Positions 11,854 through 24,815 are shown, counted from the whole stretch's first letter. The stretch: DNA of 63,702 nucleotides, filler included, from Hausera hauseri (GCA_046269625.1; 12 parts of 12 records of this genome joined end to end with filler, not necessarily neighbours in it), one strand, 5' to 3'. Notes: generated from the letters alone by a model not told the origin. Numbers and translations are program-made.

Positions 11854-12912
11854 ATGAGTATTTACAAGGTGTTGCCGAGAAACAGTTGTCCGATGACTCG
11901 TCCGAACAATTCCGCCAGTGAATACGTTGTAGACTGGAACAATCCTTTGGATTAATCTGGACAATGGGAGGTTGCACTGACGGTATTTAACTTTCCCTAC
12001 GCACCGGCGACATTGAAAGTTATATGAAAATAACGTACAACAAGACTGTTACTGATACCCAAACACATTCTTGTCCTGTGACACATATTAACAATAAAAT
12101 AACAGTCGGAAAATCGGGCATTTGTACAACCGAAGCAAATTATGGTATATTCGGCGTGATCGGTGTTTTTAGTTTAGATCAAAACTTACATTTTATGGCA
12201 GATTTTGAATTCACTGTTACCTTTGAGTCCTCTGAGATGGCGCAGAAATTTGGATTCAAAAATACAACATACAAAGGTAAAAATATTGAAAGTGAATATG
12301 TAATTGCTTCTAGATTAAGTCCCGTGTATTACAAGACAACGGTGAAATTTACCTATACAACAGAAAGGGTGTCAACGTCATACGTATCGATTGGAGACAA
12401 TGTCTATTGGGAATCGATAGCATATTTCTGTCAACACTTTTCAAGTCAAGACGATATTTAAAGTTTTCGAGTCAGATACAAATGGGTACAATAAATTTGA
12501 AGTGGCTAAAGATATTGTCGATATTTCATTGGACAAAGCTTTGGTCATGGTATTGGGTTTTGAAAAACAACCGTTTGAGTCAAAGACGGCGACGGCACAT
12601 GTTGCAACACTCAAACCCAAACTGAAAACGAGACTAAGTCAAATGTACATTTGCGTGAACGTCACCGAACCGATTTTGGTCGGTAGAGAACGTGTACCGC
12701 TCCTCTGTGCAATTTATCCGGAACGTAGCAAGTATACTGCCGGCGACAATGTCACTGTCAATTTCGATAATCCTATGTACCTACCTGTGGCATGAACATC
12801 TATAAACAATGTTGAAGTAAATATCCGATGTGACGCGGGCTGCCTTACTGAATTTCCGTACGGTAACACAACCAGTCTAACGCTTCAATTCCGTCGAATC
12901 CAATATGATTGA
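11854..12912 (+). pseudogene. Polinton minor capsid (penton) copy 2
   Basis: MSIYKVLPRNS..PNNSASEYVVDWNNPLD*SGQWEVALT ... MYICVNVTEPILVGRERVPLL...FDNPMYLPV...LTLQFRR. Confidence 0.8.
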
Positions 12913-13270
12913 TTCTGAAATCGTATCCATTTACAGTAAACCCCAGCAGGGCGGTGAACTGCCGTATTTCATTGATAAACACTATGGCTCTGGATGGTTG
13001 CGTACATTGTTACGTTTAGCATTTCCGGTGTTGAAGCGTATTGGAGCCGAGGCAGCAAAATCAGCACAGGACGCTCTATATGAAAAGAAGTCGATTTTAC
13101 CATCACTGAAGGAACACGCCTTGTCAGAAATAAAAAGCGCTGCACCGGAAGTCGTTGAATCAGTCAAAAAACAATTCGCTGGCAGTGGCTTGAGAAAACG
13201 CCGTAGAGCATTATCGAGCTTATCAACTATAAACAAAGGTCGTCGTTGTCGTCGTACGATTTTTGATTGA
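12905..13270 (+). CDS. Polinton core/virion protein (QxGG...GSG amphipathic type)
   Basis: QQGGELPYFIDKHYGSGWLRTLLRLAFPVLK...AGSGLRKRRR...TIF; sits in the usual slot between penton and MCP. Confidence 0.75.
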   Translation: MIDSEIVSIYSKPQQGGELPYFIDKHYGSGWLRTLLRLAFPVLKRIGAEAAKSAQDALYEKKSILPSLKEHALSEIKSAAPEVVESVKKQFAGSGLRKRRRALSSLSTINKGRRCRRTIFD

Positions 13271-13277
13271 CAGACAA

Positions 13278-13651
13278 ATGGCATATGCAAAATCTGACTT
13301 GTGTATGTTTTACAAAGGAGCGCCACAATTTGTTATTGACAATGCGGCATTTGAAGAAATTTACCCCGTTGATTCGGTTTCCGTGGCCGATAACATTGAC
13401 ATTCAATTCAACATTATAGCATCATACAATGAATACCTGGAATTGAACGATATGCTACTCTATGTAAAAGTCTTTGTTAAAAAGGATTCATCAACGGTTC
13501 TCGTTGCAACAGACACTGTAACACCGGCCAATTATCTTTTTCACACACTGTTTCAGGAAACTTCACTGACTTTAAACAGCATCAAAATCGAAGGCAACAC
13601 CAGTCTATACAGTATCAAAGCACTCATTGAAACGGCTCTGAATTACAGTAC
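13278..13651 (+). CDS. Polinton double-jelly-roll major capsid protein, N-terminal part (truncated by contig end)
   Basis: KSDLCMF..PQFVI..EEIYP..IQFNI...YLELNDMLLYVKV..PANYLFHTLF...LY..KALIETALNYS. Confidence 0.9.
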
Positions 13652-13751
13652 NNNNNNNNNNNNNNNNNNNNNNNNNNNNNNNNNNNNNNNNNNNNTTAAT
13701 TAATTAANNNNNNNNNNNNNNNNNNNNNNNNNNNNNNNNNNNNNNNNNNNN

Positions 13752-14150
13752 GGCCGCTCTCATGTCTTTTACCTGTTGAACTACCTTATGATCTTTTAGT
13801 GAGGCGTTGTACGCTCCGCCGAGAATCAACAGATTCTTAGATTACATTTGGTGTCCTCTGGTTTGACACAACAAATTCCACCCCGGTCGCATCCCCTTAT
13901 ATGAGAGACAGGCTTCTCGACTTCTTGGGTTCGAAGCTCATCCTGCACCACTTGGGCCTTCTTCGGAGTTTTCCACCGCTTTACAATCACTTGCATAGCC
14001 AGCACAAACGAAGCTGGTGTTATGGTGCATTCCATAGCAATTCCAACATGCAGTTTAGTGCGACCATTCGTCGTTGGCTGTTGGAATGGGTAAGAAGTAG
14101 ATATGGAAATGCCCTGAATGAGGTGATGGTAGTTCTGTAACATTAATAAA
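13752..14150 (-). mobile_element. HERO/NeSL-like non-LTR retrotransposon RT fragment
   Basis: LHVGIAMECTITPASFVLAMQVI (cf. GIAMGCTISPILFVLAMEVI) and FEPKKSRSL; homologous to 18758-18868. Confidence 0.65.
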
Positions 14151-14359
14151 GTTGAGAGTACAGAGGCCGTCGGCTAAGGGGTAGGATGTTGTAATCTGTT
14201 TGATACACAATACGTCACACGATGACTGACACGTAACAGCTATGAAGAAGACGAAGTACAGTCATATAATTCAGCTCAACACGTTGTTTAAATCTGTTTA
14301 TTCAATCAACAACATCTGTATAGAATCAACTGATGCATACATAAAAAAATCATCATCTA

Positions 14360-15600
14360 AATGTGTTTTCCTTCTTTGTCTTTTACAGGTTTTCCTGGTC
14401 TTCTAAATGTCCCTGATAGTTTCTTAATTGACTCATGTAACTCTTTAATGTTGCCTTTCTAGGCAGCTGTTTCTGCTTTCATCTGACAGGCTAGGGTTGT
14501 ATTTTCGCTTATTTTTCGGGAAGCTTTTCTCTGTTTCACTATGTATTTAAGTGCATTCTTCCTGTACCTTTGCCTTCTCGTACGACAACTATTTATCATT
14601 TTTCAAAAGTTTCAGCTGATATCCATTCTTTGGTCTTATATTTCTTGGGTCCCAATATTTCTTTGCACGTTGATGTGTATGTTTCTTCAATGTTATTCCA
14701 TACATTATCTACTGAGTCTTCTTTTTCCAATAATTCTTGCAGTACATGCAATGTATCTTTGAGAGTAATTTTATATTCTTCTTTTGTTGTGTGTCATTTA
14801 GATAGTGGATATTGTACTTTTGTTTTTGTGATTGCCATTTCATTCATTCTCTTTTTAATTTCAGTTTTGCCACTACATCAGCTCCCCTTTGTACCATCAC
14901 ATCTTCTAAAGTCCTACTGAATCGTTTTTAATAAAAATGTGATCGATTGTCTATCCCGTGATCTGGTAACACCCAAGTTGCTTTTTTATTCTTTTGTGAG
15001 AAAAAACACTATCTCCTATATCCAAGCTATTTGATGCACAGAAGTCTACAAAAGTTTCTCCATTTCCGTTTTCGTCACAAGTCCATTGCAGCCCTTTATG
15101 TTTTTGTATCCCTTATTATCGTCTCAAATTGTTGCATTCACATTACCCATTATGATGTTAACATCTCTCGATAGGCATTATGTCTCACACAGTCTAGCTT
15201 GCTGTAGATTTCTTCTTTAGTTGTTTCTTTAATATCAGTTGTTGATGCATTCATGTTGAGTTTCATTTTCTTTGTGCGAAAGGATTCCATTTTAATTTTG
15301 CTTCCCCTCCAATGAGCGCTTTCTGTGCTAGTCTTGATAGCATCAATGTTACTCCCTGGTTATGGGGTGAATGTTCCTCTGTATGACCTGAGCATATGAT
15401 TTTTTCTCCTGAGCTCAGTCTCTTCTATCCTGATTCTATCCACCTTGTTTCACTAATTCCTAGTATATTTATGTTGTAGTTTTTTTTTATTTCCTTTGCT
15501 AATTGTGCGATTCATCCTGCTTCATACATAGTTTAACTTTCCATGTTCCTATATACATAATTTCCTTGGCTGAGAGAATAGTTGTCAATCTGTTGGCTAC
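14360..15600 (-). mobile_element. Decayed RTE-like non-LTR retrotransposon, AP-endonuclease region
   Basis: IGTW...NYNINILGISETRW...IICSGHT..HTQGV pattern in shifted frames; heavily frameshifted. Confidence 0.6.
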
Positions 15601-15756
15601 CAGAATCTTGCTCTCTTCATGCTGCTTCTAAGATAAGTCCCACCCCTTTTCAGAGCGGTAGTTCTTGAGTTCTTTCGACGATTTGGTAGTAATAGTTTTT
15701 ACGGTGCCGAGTTACTAACCCAGGCCCCCCCCCCCACCTGTAGGACCTTTGAAAGA

Positions 15757-15915
15757 GAGTGTTCAAACAGGCCGCCTATTTCACACCCAATGGAAAAATC
15801 AACTGGTTCTCACCGAAATGGGTGGCTTCGGGTGTGTCACTCTCACTCATGATGTCCCTGAGGTGGTCACGGACGCGGTCTTTTAGTCTGGTCCTTACTA
15901 TTTGACCTGTCCGGC
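15757..15915 (-). repeat. Inverted partial copy of the Penelope-like GIY-YIG 3' region
   Basis: RLKDRVRDHLRDIMSESDTPEATH and GENQLIF are shared with 16925-17119 on the opposite strand. Confidence 0.8.
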
Positions 15916-16439
15916 TGTGTTGAACCTTCTTGTTGCAAGCTACCACCGGCATAGCTCTCAAGGTTGCAATACACACAAGCCTCCCAACCACTAGGTAAGT
16001 GAAAAAATATGAAAGCTGAACGTTTTCTCTGTCATGGATAATTATCAGACTCGGTAATGACGTCGTGACACTGATAACGGTGCAACAGACTGTGAAGTTC
16101 GGGGACGCGTTGCCAGTCTAAGTCACAGAATTCCATTATCTTCACGGATGATTTTTTGACTAGTAGAGTGATGAATAGGTGTGGTTTTGTTGTTTATTAG
16201 AATTCTAAATTTGCTAGACACGATTCACAAAGCGTGATGCGTGAGATTGACAAATGCATGCTACTAAGAGAGTGAATTATTCTTCTCGACCTCAGCATGG
16301 TTGAGCCTAATAAATGGATATACAGGTCACGTCATGCGTACTTTGTATAACTATTCCGTATGGCTACAGTACACAGGCCCGCTCCCTTCTCTCTACCGCC
16401 GATACATTGACGACCGCATCGGGATCACCGACATGCCGT

Positions 16440-17145
16440 TAGTTTGAGCTGCGGAAATTCATTGACTTCATCTCGACAACATTCACTCCTCTATATCCTT
16501 CACTCATTATATCTCCGATGAGAAGGCCAGTTTTCTTGACATCACTAGCTCCATGAAACACCCGACTCACTCGACCACGGTGTACTACAAACCCATTGAT
16601 GCCCACAGCTATTTTTTGTATAATTCGACTCACCCCTATCGCTGTTTGAACTCCCTGCGTTAGTCTCAGCTGCTTCGCCTTCGCCGTATGTGCCAAGAAG
16701 ATTTTGACTTCAGGCGACGAGCTCACGCAGAAGACTCAACCTGGTGCATATTCTCACCTCCGTCCTAGAGCGTGTCCTCCCCGTTTGTGTTTCTGACACA
16801 GTTCCTGCACTTCCCTAATGGCATATACACGATCAGTGATAACTTCTCCTGCACGTAACGTAACGCGATATATACTATCCGTTGTAAGCGATGTGGAACG
16901 TGTTATGTGGGTCAGACGGGTCGTCGACTAGAAGACCGCTTCCGTGACCACCTCAGGGACATCATGAGTGAGAGTGACACACCCGAAGCCACCCATTTAA
17001 ACAGGCCTGATCGTCAAGTCTTGTCTGACGTCGAAGTCACGGCACATACTATGCTAGTCTGCTACTTGGCCCGCCTCGTCGGTGAGAACCAGCTGATTTT
17101 TCATTTGAGTGTGAAATAGCCGGTCTGTTTGAACACTCTCTTTCG
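16440..17145 (+). mobile_element. Penelope-like element: RT C-terminus and GIY-YIG endonuclease, decayed
   Basis: SFLDI, TTVYYKPIDAHSYFLYNSTHP, SQLLRLRRMC, NAIYTIRCKRCGTCYVGQTGRRLEDRFRDH. Confidence 0.85.
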
Positions 17146-17767
17146 ATTGACCGAGTCCTCCCTTGTACCTTCTCTTTCCCCATGTTTTCTTCTCTACTTT
17201 TTTCCCTTCGACCTCACCCCCCCTCCTCCCAATTGGCATTTTCTTCTCGGTCTCTCCACCCTTGTCCATGAGTCCCTTGCCCCCCCTCTATTTTTCCCCA
17301 TTCACCGTCGTATGGCCCAGGTTCTTTGGGTCTTGTTATTTCGATTTTTTATTCCTACCAGTGCCCAGTCCCTCTACCCCTCTCCCTTCCATCTTGTTTC
17401 TCACGTCTGTCTCTAAGGTCTATTGGTGATTAGAATAGACCACCATTTCCATCCACTTGCATCTCTCTACCGTTTTGCATACACGTCTGTCCTAAGGAGA
17501 CATTTGTTTTGTTTCACGCGGTAGATTACCACTTCACTCACGATTCAGATTCGCCACATCAGCTGAGATTTTTTTCAATATCTATTTTAATTAGTTATTT
17601 TAACTTTACTTAATTTTGCGTTAATTTATTGTAGCATACGTCTCTTGATTTTTGCTCCCTCTCTCTGCCCTTTCATCCGGTATTCTTATCTACCATGTGA
17701 TTCTTTCTTACGCCCGCAATGTGGTTATAGTGTGTGTTGTCTGTCGTGTTTTCTGTGTTACATGTGC

Positions 17768-17800
17768 CTGATGAAGACTTTTTTGGTCTCAACGTAGTCG
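17768..17800 (+). ncRNA. Degenerate minimal hammerhead ribozyme in the 3' region of the Penelope-like element
   Basis: CTGATGA-AGAC(ttttt)GGTC followed by tcAACGTAGTCG where GAAAC is expected; hammerheads are a known feature of PLE pseudo-LTRs; the GAAA core is mutated. Confidence 0.4.
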
Positions 17801-18469
17801 TTTTTCTCTTTTTTTTCGCCATCCTCGTAACACTCCACTACAAACTTTGGTTTTATTTTTCCAGTACTCCTTTGTTCGAATAAAGATTGAAATGCCCAGG
17901 GACAAAATTTGACCACGAAATGGCTAGCCAAAAATATGTGTTTAATGTAATATTAAGCTGACTTACATTAAAAGAATGGCACTTTTATATAATAAAAATA
18001 TAAGCATTAAATGACACTTTAACTTATATTAATGTGAAAAATTTTATAGCCAATCGGTTTGTGAAAATAAAATATAAGTAATTTTTCCTACTGAATTTCA
18101 CGTAGTAGATTTGCTGTTTAGAGACTGTAAGTTTTTTTTAATCTGAAAAAGAAACTTTACTTAAAAAGAAATAATTTTACGAAAGTTTAAAAATGAGGAT
18201 TTTTGTCCCTTGTGTAATACTTCAAATTAATTATTTCCCTTATATAAATTACACGCGCATATATACATACACACAACACACGGGGCATTCGAACGGAATC
18301 CTCGAATCTTTACGTTTTTTTTCCGAACAACAAGTACCGTTAAACGTTTCAACTACTTTGAAAATGCAATAGAAAAATAACAAGAGAGATAATCAATAGG
18401 AGGATATCTGATTATCAGAAAACTACCCCCCTTTGAAAAATGTTCGCATTACGCACTTTCATTCTAAAA

Positions 18470-18868
18470 CTGACTTGAATGGAAGTTTGAGCTTGGGTTT
18501 TTTGCAGTACTCACAGCCACTTCCTAATGGACTTGTCCATTTTCCGCTCCATGATCTCCACCGTACTGACACTTATTTCGTATATCAGAAGTGGCAGCGG
18601 ATCTTAGGAATCATCATAAACTGGAGGTACAGATCTTGAACTTTCCAATAAGCCTGCACCGGCCAATGGTTTTCAGGCCCCTCTCGACCATGTCTTTCGT
18701 CTGTTGTACAACCTTCTGGCCTTTTAGTATGGCATCGCATACACTACCGAGAATCTTAATAGATTCTTTGATTACAGTTGGTATACTCTGGTTTGACACA
18801 ACAAATTCCACCCAGGCGCTTCCTCTTTTATGACAGAGAGGCTTCTCGACTTCTTGGGTTCGAAGCTC
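18470..18868 (-). mobile_element. HERO-like non-LTR retrotransposon RT C-terminal fragment
   Basis: FEPKKSRSLSVIK..IPTVIKESIKILG..GLKTIGRCRLIGKFKI..PKIRCHF*YTK pattern (cf. KPKKSRS..IPTV..PVKSLG..LPGKFKLW..PRILWP). Confidence 0.7.
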
Positions 18869-18968
18869 NNNNNNNNNNNNNNNNNNNNNNNNNNNNNNNN
18901 NNNNNNNNNNNNTTAATTAATTAANNNNNNNNNNNNNNNNNNNNNNNNNNNNNNNNNNNNNNNNNNNN

Positions 18969-21400
18969 ACTGTCACCATTCTTGTCACAGAGTTGATTTA
19001 CACTCATTACAGAAAATGTTTCACAGCTTATAGCAAATATTCGACGTTTTTCCTTCGTAGAATAAAACACCACGCAATTCAGAATATCATTCGTTGTCGT
19101 TTCTGACAGTAATGATTTGTCAACAATGTTTTGGCCCTGAAATGATCGTTTACTGAAATAGTCAGGAGTTCCTGTTGATTTCAAAGAACTTGATCCCGAA
19201 GATTGCTTCCAATCATAAGACAAATTTTCATTTATTGATGTAAAACTTTGAGATAGCGGATTGTTGGCTTCGGCATATAACGAACTACAGTTCATTTCTT
19301 TCCGAAGTTTTGATGTTGTTATCTCATTGTCTTCTAATGTTTTCAAATGAGAGTAACCACGCGACATTGAAAAAGATGGTGCTGAACTGCCGTGACGGAC
19401 AGATGTCTGATTGTTATCTAACAGATCAAATCCTTTGGAACTTCGTTTAACTATTCTATATCTGTCATAAAGAGGTTTCATTATTCTTTTGACGTTTTGA
19501 TCTTCTGGTCTACCGCGATGTTTTTCAAAACATAAAAGACATTTTTGAAGTTCTATTTTTTCTTCTAAAATCTGCTCTCGTGACATTTCAGATAACGATT
19601 CCGGTCTACTTTGAGTTGTCTCTGTCTCACTAATACTTTACAGATGTGATCATAAAATTCTTCAAGAGTTAAGTTGGAACAGTCAACGCATTCAATATTC
19701 GAACTTTCATCAAATGGAGTTCTTTTCAAGTCATCATTTCCCAGGCCAGTTAATGAAGAAATACCCGACTGAAGTGTACCAGTATTCGGATTAAGTGAAT
19801 TCGTTTTATAGAAATCTTTCGTCAACGGAAAGTCACCGGAAATATTATCGAAATTAGAATCCCTATAAATAGAGTTAAGATATTCGCTCAGCCGGACGTA
19901 CTCTGCAAGCCACTGTTGCACTTGAGAATCTCCGGTTTTTTCGAGACTCTGAGGACGAAAACCATGGTCCCGTTCGAATTTGTTCTTGAAATTATTGATT
20001 CTTGTCAGTAGGAAAGTAATTTTTTCCTTTATTCGATCTATGTTTTGAATATTTTCTCCAATTACATATTCTCCATTGCCCGATAATTGTTTGTGAAGAG
20101 AGTTTTCTTTCATTTCGTTTTGTGATTCACTCTCTAAATCATCTAAATCGACAGGCCCTTTCCAGTCTTGGAATTCATCAGTAACATATGCATTTTCTTG
20201 TCGATTGAGTAAATAGAAGTAATCTGGATCATTTTTGTCCAACCTACTACCTTGAGTGACGATTAATGGTTTTCGTCTTAAACTCTTAACATTTATCGCA
20301 CCCTTTTTCAATTTCGTTCTCGGAGCAGCTTTCGGTTCGTTTGAAGATTTTCCGGAAAAGTCAGTAAAATCATTTTTATCTAGTGAAGTTTCCTGAGAAT
20401 TTTTGACAACTATGGAAATGCCTTGAGGCAAGCTAGATATTCGATTGATTTTGAGATCATCATCATCATCATTGGTAGCATGTCCGTATTTTAATTCAAC
20501 ATCATCGTTCATATTGGGTATGGAAAGACGATTCTTTATACAAGTACTGATAACCTGCTGAATATTGGCCGACATACTCGTCGGCAGAGGCACTGGGTGA
20601 TTATCATTTGAACTACTAAATTCGTTATCACCACTTGTCGACGGACTCGATTTTCGACCGTCGGTTGAAAATGTTTGTGTAATCTGTGGACTTTCGGCAT
20701 ATTGACGAGCAGTTGTTCCATATACATTTGAGTCAGATACAGTGGAACCATTTAAAAATTTTGTTTTATAATTCAGTATAATTGCTGTAGTTATTGAATT
20801 TAAATGATCGATATATTTCAATCCGGACTAGATAGATACTAAATATACAAACACAAAAATAACAGCATCAAACCTCATCGTTTGGAACAAACATTATTGT
20901 CGGTGTAAATACCATCGCGAGATTTTTTTCATCCATTAAATTTACTTTATGTTCCGAAATTTTGATCAGAAAATTTATTAAATATTTTAAGAGATTATAA
21001 TTTTCATCCGGCAACGTTCGTAAAATCTCTCGGAATTCGTTAATGCATAAATCCAATTGTTTATTATGATGCATGTAGATATCAAATAAGCTAATTGTTA
21101 CATCTTCTGGTATTAGAAGTCCAGAGATACTCCGAAGAAACATTTTCAAAACGTCACAAACGGTAGGAACGTCAAGTTCACCACATGCACTCAATTCTCC
21201 AGTTTGGTCTAATCTAGATTTTAAATTTTTCGGCTGCAAGTCTCTTTCCACAGGTTCGAAAAATTCCCAGTTTTAATTCCATGCATCAAAATATACTCAC
21301 ATATATCTACAACAATTTTAGGAGCTTTGAATTTTTCATGTTTAATTAGCTGAGACAATCGTACTGTATAAACATTAGATGTTGTTTGTTTGACATCACC
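18969..21400 (-). pseudogene. FAM13A: FAM13A/B-like RhoGAP, intronless with several frameshifts
   Basis: RhoGAP (PKIVVDICEYILMHG, DVPTVCDVLKMFLR, LPDENYNLLKYLINFL, NLMDEKNLAMVFTP) plus FAM13 motifs INNFKNKFERDHGFRP and MSREQILEEKIELQKCLLCFEKHRGRP...MKPLYDRYRIVK. Confidence 0.85.
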
Positions 21401-22777
21401 AGAAATATTCTTTCTACTATATAGAGGACTTGTTTGTTCTTCAATTTGAGAAACCGAAACCTTTCCGTAGCATATACTACCATTTATTGATTCATTATAT
21501 ACCTTTGGAAAATTTTCCGTAAATTGAAAGCATCTACTTGTAACTTTTGACAAGGTTTTCAATGACGAGTTATCTAAAATCTTTTTGCATTTCAAAGGAA
21601 GACTGTTGCCGATTGACTTTGTAGCCAAATTACCTGAACATAATACTATTGGACTTTTATCTACAGTTTCAAGTGCTTTACATGTGCTGCAATTATTGGA
21701 CGTATTTTTATACCGATTACAATATCGACAATTTTTCTTAAATATCTGAAAAGCCTTTGAACATATTCGCCAGTGCAATAAAATTCCCATTATCGAAGAG
21801 GTATTCACGTAAATTTCACCACAAAAACAATTGATATATATTTTTTTACTTAACGAAAACGTCAAGAAATGGAGATAGGTCAGTATGAAACAGTTGTTTA
21901 AAACGAGTTCCCAGAATGAATTGTAGTTCTCCAAAAAACATCCACATCGACATATGTGACCACAATTGCCCGGCGAATTGATAGTTTGACACGCATGATT
22001 ACGTTTTACTGAAATGTCTTTGAATCGCATTGAGCATTTAACTTCCATCAACAGTTTTTTATTTTCAACCAACAAGTGGATTTTACTTTCTTTTGTTTCT
22101 TTTAGAAATGTATTTGAAGATTTGAAATCAATGCATTGTTGATCCACAATTTGTATTATTACTGTCAAGGCCTGGATTGAGTTGAATTCATTTAAATAAG
22201 TATAGTAAATCCCTAGCAATTCAATAAATTTATAAGGCAATGTCATTTTGTTAATAATAATAATAAAATACCTTACGTTCAAATCACACAATTTTAATAC
22301 ACATTTAATGACGACTTCTTTTCTGTCAAATATTCTCATCTTTCGGATTATATTTCCAATTCTGTTCTGTCTAATTTCTATACATTTTTCTAAATGGTTT
22401 TGAAATAAATAATTTTCAAATTTTGAAATAAATAATATTTTATTTTCGATAAGTTTAAACATTCCATAAATTTTAAGGCTTGGATCATCACAGATTGAAT
22501 TTATCATGAATCTCGAAAATCTAACAAATGTATCAATTTTCTCCAAAGTTATGTAGTATATTCTTTCTCTCTTTGAACATTGGAGTGACTTCGACATTAT
22601 TTTAAACTTTCGTAGGAATCTTTCTACAAGTGTCCCACCTGAGATGCCAATTGATGTTTGTCTCAGATTAAGGTATTTGAAAAAATCAAATACCTTAATC
22701 TGAGACAAACTTTTTTTTTTGCACATACTTCTAATTTCCATTTTTTCATACGGGAAGAAACAACCTTTGAAGCACAA
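21401..22777 (-). CDS. Unrecognised ~460-codon open frame (Cys-rich second half) fused 5' to the FAM13 RhoGAP domain
   Basis: Part of the 518-aa ORF 21221-22777; a stop-free run this long in AT-rich DNA is unlikely by chance; no family recognised. Confidence 0.45.
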
Positions 22778-23747
22778 AAAATTTTATTGATTTCTCACGG
22801 AAACTAATTTCATCTCAATTTCAAAAAACTTTTTTTACAACACTTAAAACAAAACAAGAATTCTTTTTTACAATATCTACATATATAAAAGTCTACATAA
22901 AACACGANNNNNNNNNNNNNNNNNNNNNNNNNNNNNNNNNNNNNNNNNNNNTTAATTAATTAANNNNNNNNNNNNNNNNNNNNNNNNNNNNNNNNNNNNN
23001 NNNNNNNAATTAATTTAAAAAAGAATGAACTAAAAATATTTGAAATTCAAAACTAGGGGTATATATGATTTTTTGCAAATGCAAAGGACGCGGCCGCACC
23101 GGGGGGCATAAATCAGTAATAAAAACCTAACCCACCTGATTTCGAGTGTCGGAATCCTAGATATTGAATTTGTCCATATGTGGAGTGCTTTCCCCAGAGG
23201 ATCGTCGACATCTATCAAATATTGGTTTCCTCTTGTGATTTCCAAGCTGATGTCCTGTTTTCGAGTCATAATTTCGAGTTTATGAGCAGTCTTCTCCAAT
23301 TCTTTGTTCTATTCAGCCCTTTTCTTTTGTAATTCACCAAGCATACTCGATATAGGAATTGTCGATAAGACGTTATTAGTTGTATTCACAGATATATTAG
23401 ACATATCACTACTGGTCATGCCATCCTCAATTTCACTAATTACAATATTCACGGACACCATCAGGACATTGATCTCTTTCAGCATTATACTAGAAACAGT
23501 CTGTTGAAGCAGTAATCCTGGGATTATTTGTTTCCGTTTGCCAAATCGAGATTGAACGATCCGTCGAATAAAAGAATAGATTATATAATCAAAAGTCTGT
23601 GTTAAACGTTCGATAACAACTTGACACAGCAGTTCGCAACTAGTGGCAGTTTGATCAGATTTGGTGTAGGACATTGATATGGTATGTTCATCACTATTTC
23701 GATAATGTAATGACAGTTCACTGCTACTTTCCCGAGTGGTCAAATGA

Positions 23748-23990
23748 TTGCTTTCCTTTGTTTGACGGACGAATTCATTTGCAATTTGATCACTCCATTC
23801 ATTTATCAACGGCATATTTATATCATCGATAAAAAATGACAATTTTTTACCAGCCGGCGGACTAAACGTTGTGCCTACTCGTTTCTCAACAAAACACTCA
23901 ATGGAGTGCAGAATTAATGCTGGAATAGTAGCAGATGAAAAGTTAAAAGATTTAGAAATATGAGATTCAGGATTATATTTTGCCATAAGC
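23748..23990 (-). pseudogene. DNAH5: ~80-codon internal fragment of an axonemal dynein heavy chain (DNAH5/8-type AAA3)
   Basis: [75 protein letters not shown] (cf. [21 protein letters not shown]...[44 protein letters not shown]). Confidence 0.9.
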
Positions 23991-24815
23991 GATAGCATTC
24001 TAGGATCATTTGTGACTGAAGTAACAACTCCATGTGCAGATGAGGTCGTAGGTGACACATTGAGAGACAATTTATATGAATCTAAGGCCGAATTTAAAAA
24101 ATTATCATTATTAAATTCGTTCATTGGAGACTGTTGGGAACCATGTAACCAATTAGTAATTGATTGGAATTGGTTATTAAAAATGCCATTACCAAATGTG
24201 GATGCATTGCTAGGAAACGACTGATCTTGACTTAACGAGATATTAGATATAGAGCAAATATTAGTCTTAGATATATATTCGGGATTTATTTCTTTTTCTT
24301 TTGCATTATCTTTTATAATTTTCAGCAAATGTGAATATATTTGGGGTGCCTCGTCGCTTTTGAATTCAGAGTACTTTAATTTAGAATCATATTTCGATAC
24401 ACCTTTTTCCTGAACATAGTTTAAATCTATGCGTTTATTTAACTTTCGAGTTTTCAAAATGCCGGCTGCAAGTTCCCGGGACATACCTGATAGGTCAATT
24501 GTTTCATTAGTATTACTTGGGCCTCCTGTAAACCATTCAGGTTTCGAGTCACTCAAATTGACATCGTTCGTATCTTTGTCACATCCATTTCGTGATTTTG
24601 ATTGATAAGAATAATACTCAACTGGTGAATTTCGATTACGATTAAATTCATATGACACATCCTCTTCGTACCCGTATCTTTGTTTAGAATTGTAATAATG
24701 GGAATGTCCCGGACCGTAGGAATTGTGACGCTTAGAACCGTCAGTATACCAAAAATATTTATAATCACCTCGCAACCGCTTTCTGTATCTTTCATTGTAA
24801 AAATGTTGACAGCTT
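23991..24815 (-). pseudogene. EIF4ENIF1: Fragment of eIF4E-transporter (4E-T/Cup-like) including the Cup-homology motif
   Basis: [20 protein letters not shown] at ~24485-24545 (cf. EPEWFSAGPTSQSETIELTG), preceded by an R/Y/D-rich region; boundaries approximate. Confidence 0.7.

Larger units (their letters stand above)
8705..13651 (+). mobile_element. Decayed Polinton/Maverick (adintovirus-like) segment: ATPase, basic protein, GGFL protein, integrase, two pentons, core protein, major capsid protein
   Basis: Co-oriented, tightly packed typical Polinton gene set with ATGA-type overlaps (e.g. 10726-10729); individual genes are listed below. Confidence 0.92.

Noticed and set aside
13826-18868. 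Shared ~110 bp near both ends of this contig as LTRs or evidence of circularity
   Set aside because: The two are diverged internal RT fragments of a HERO-like LINE, not terminal repeats.
23040-23110. Helitron 3' end (hairpin + CTAG) closing the COG5 mosaic, and a TCTATATATAT Helitron-like start near 27003
   Set aside because: The hairpin is weak and poorly spaced, and the putative 5' end is on the opposite strand pointing away; not supportable without other copies.
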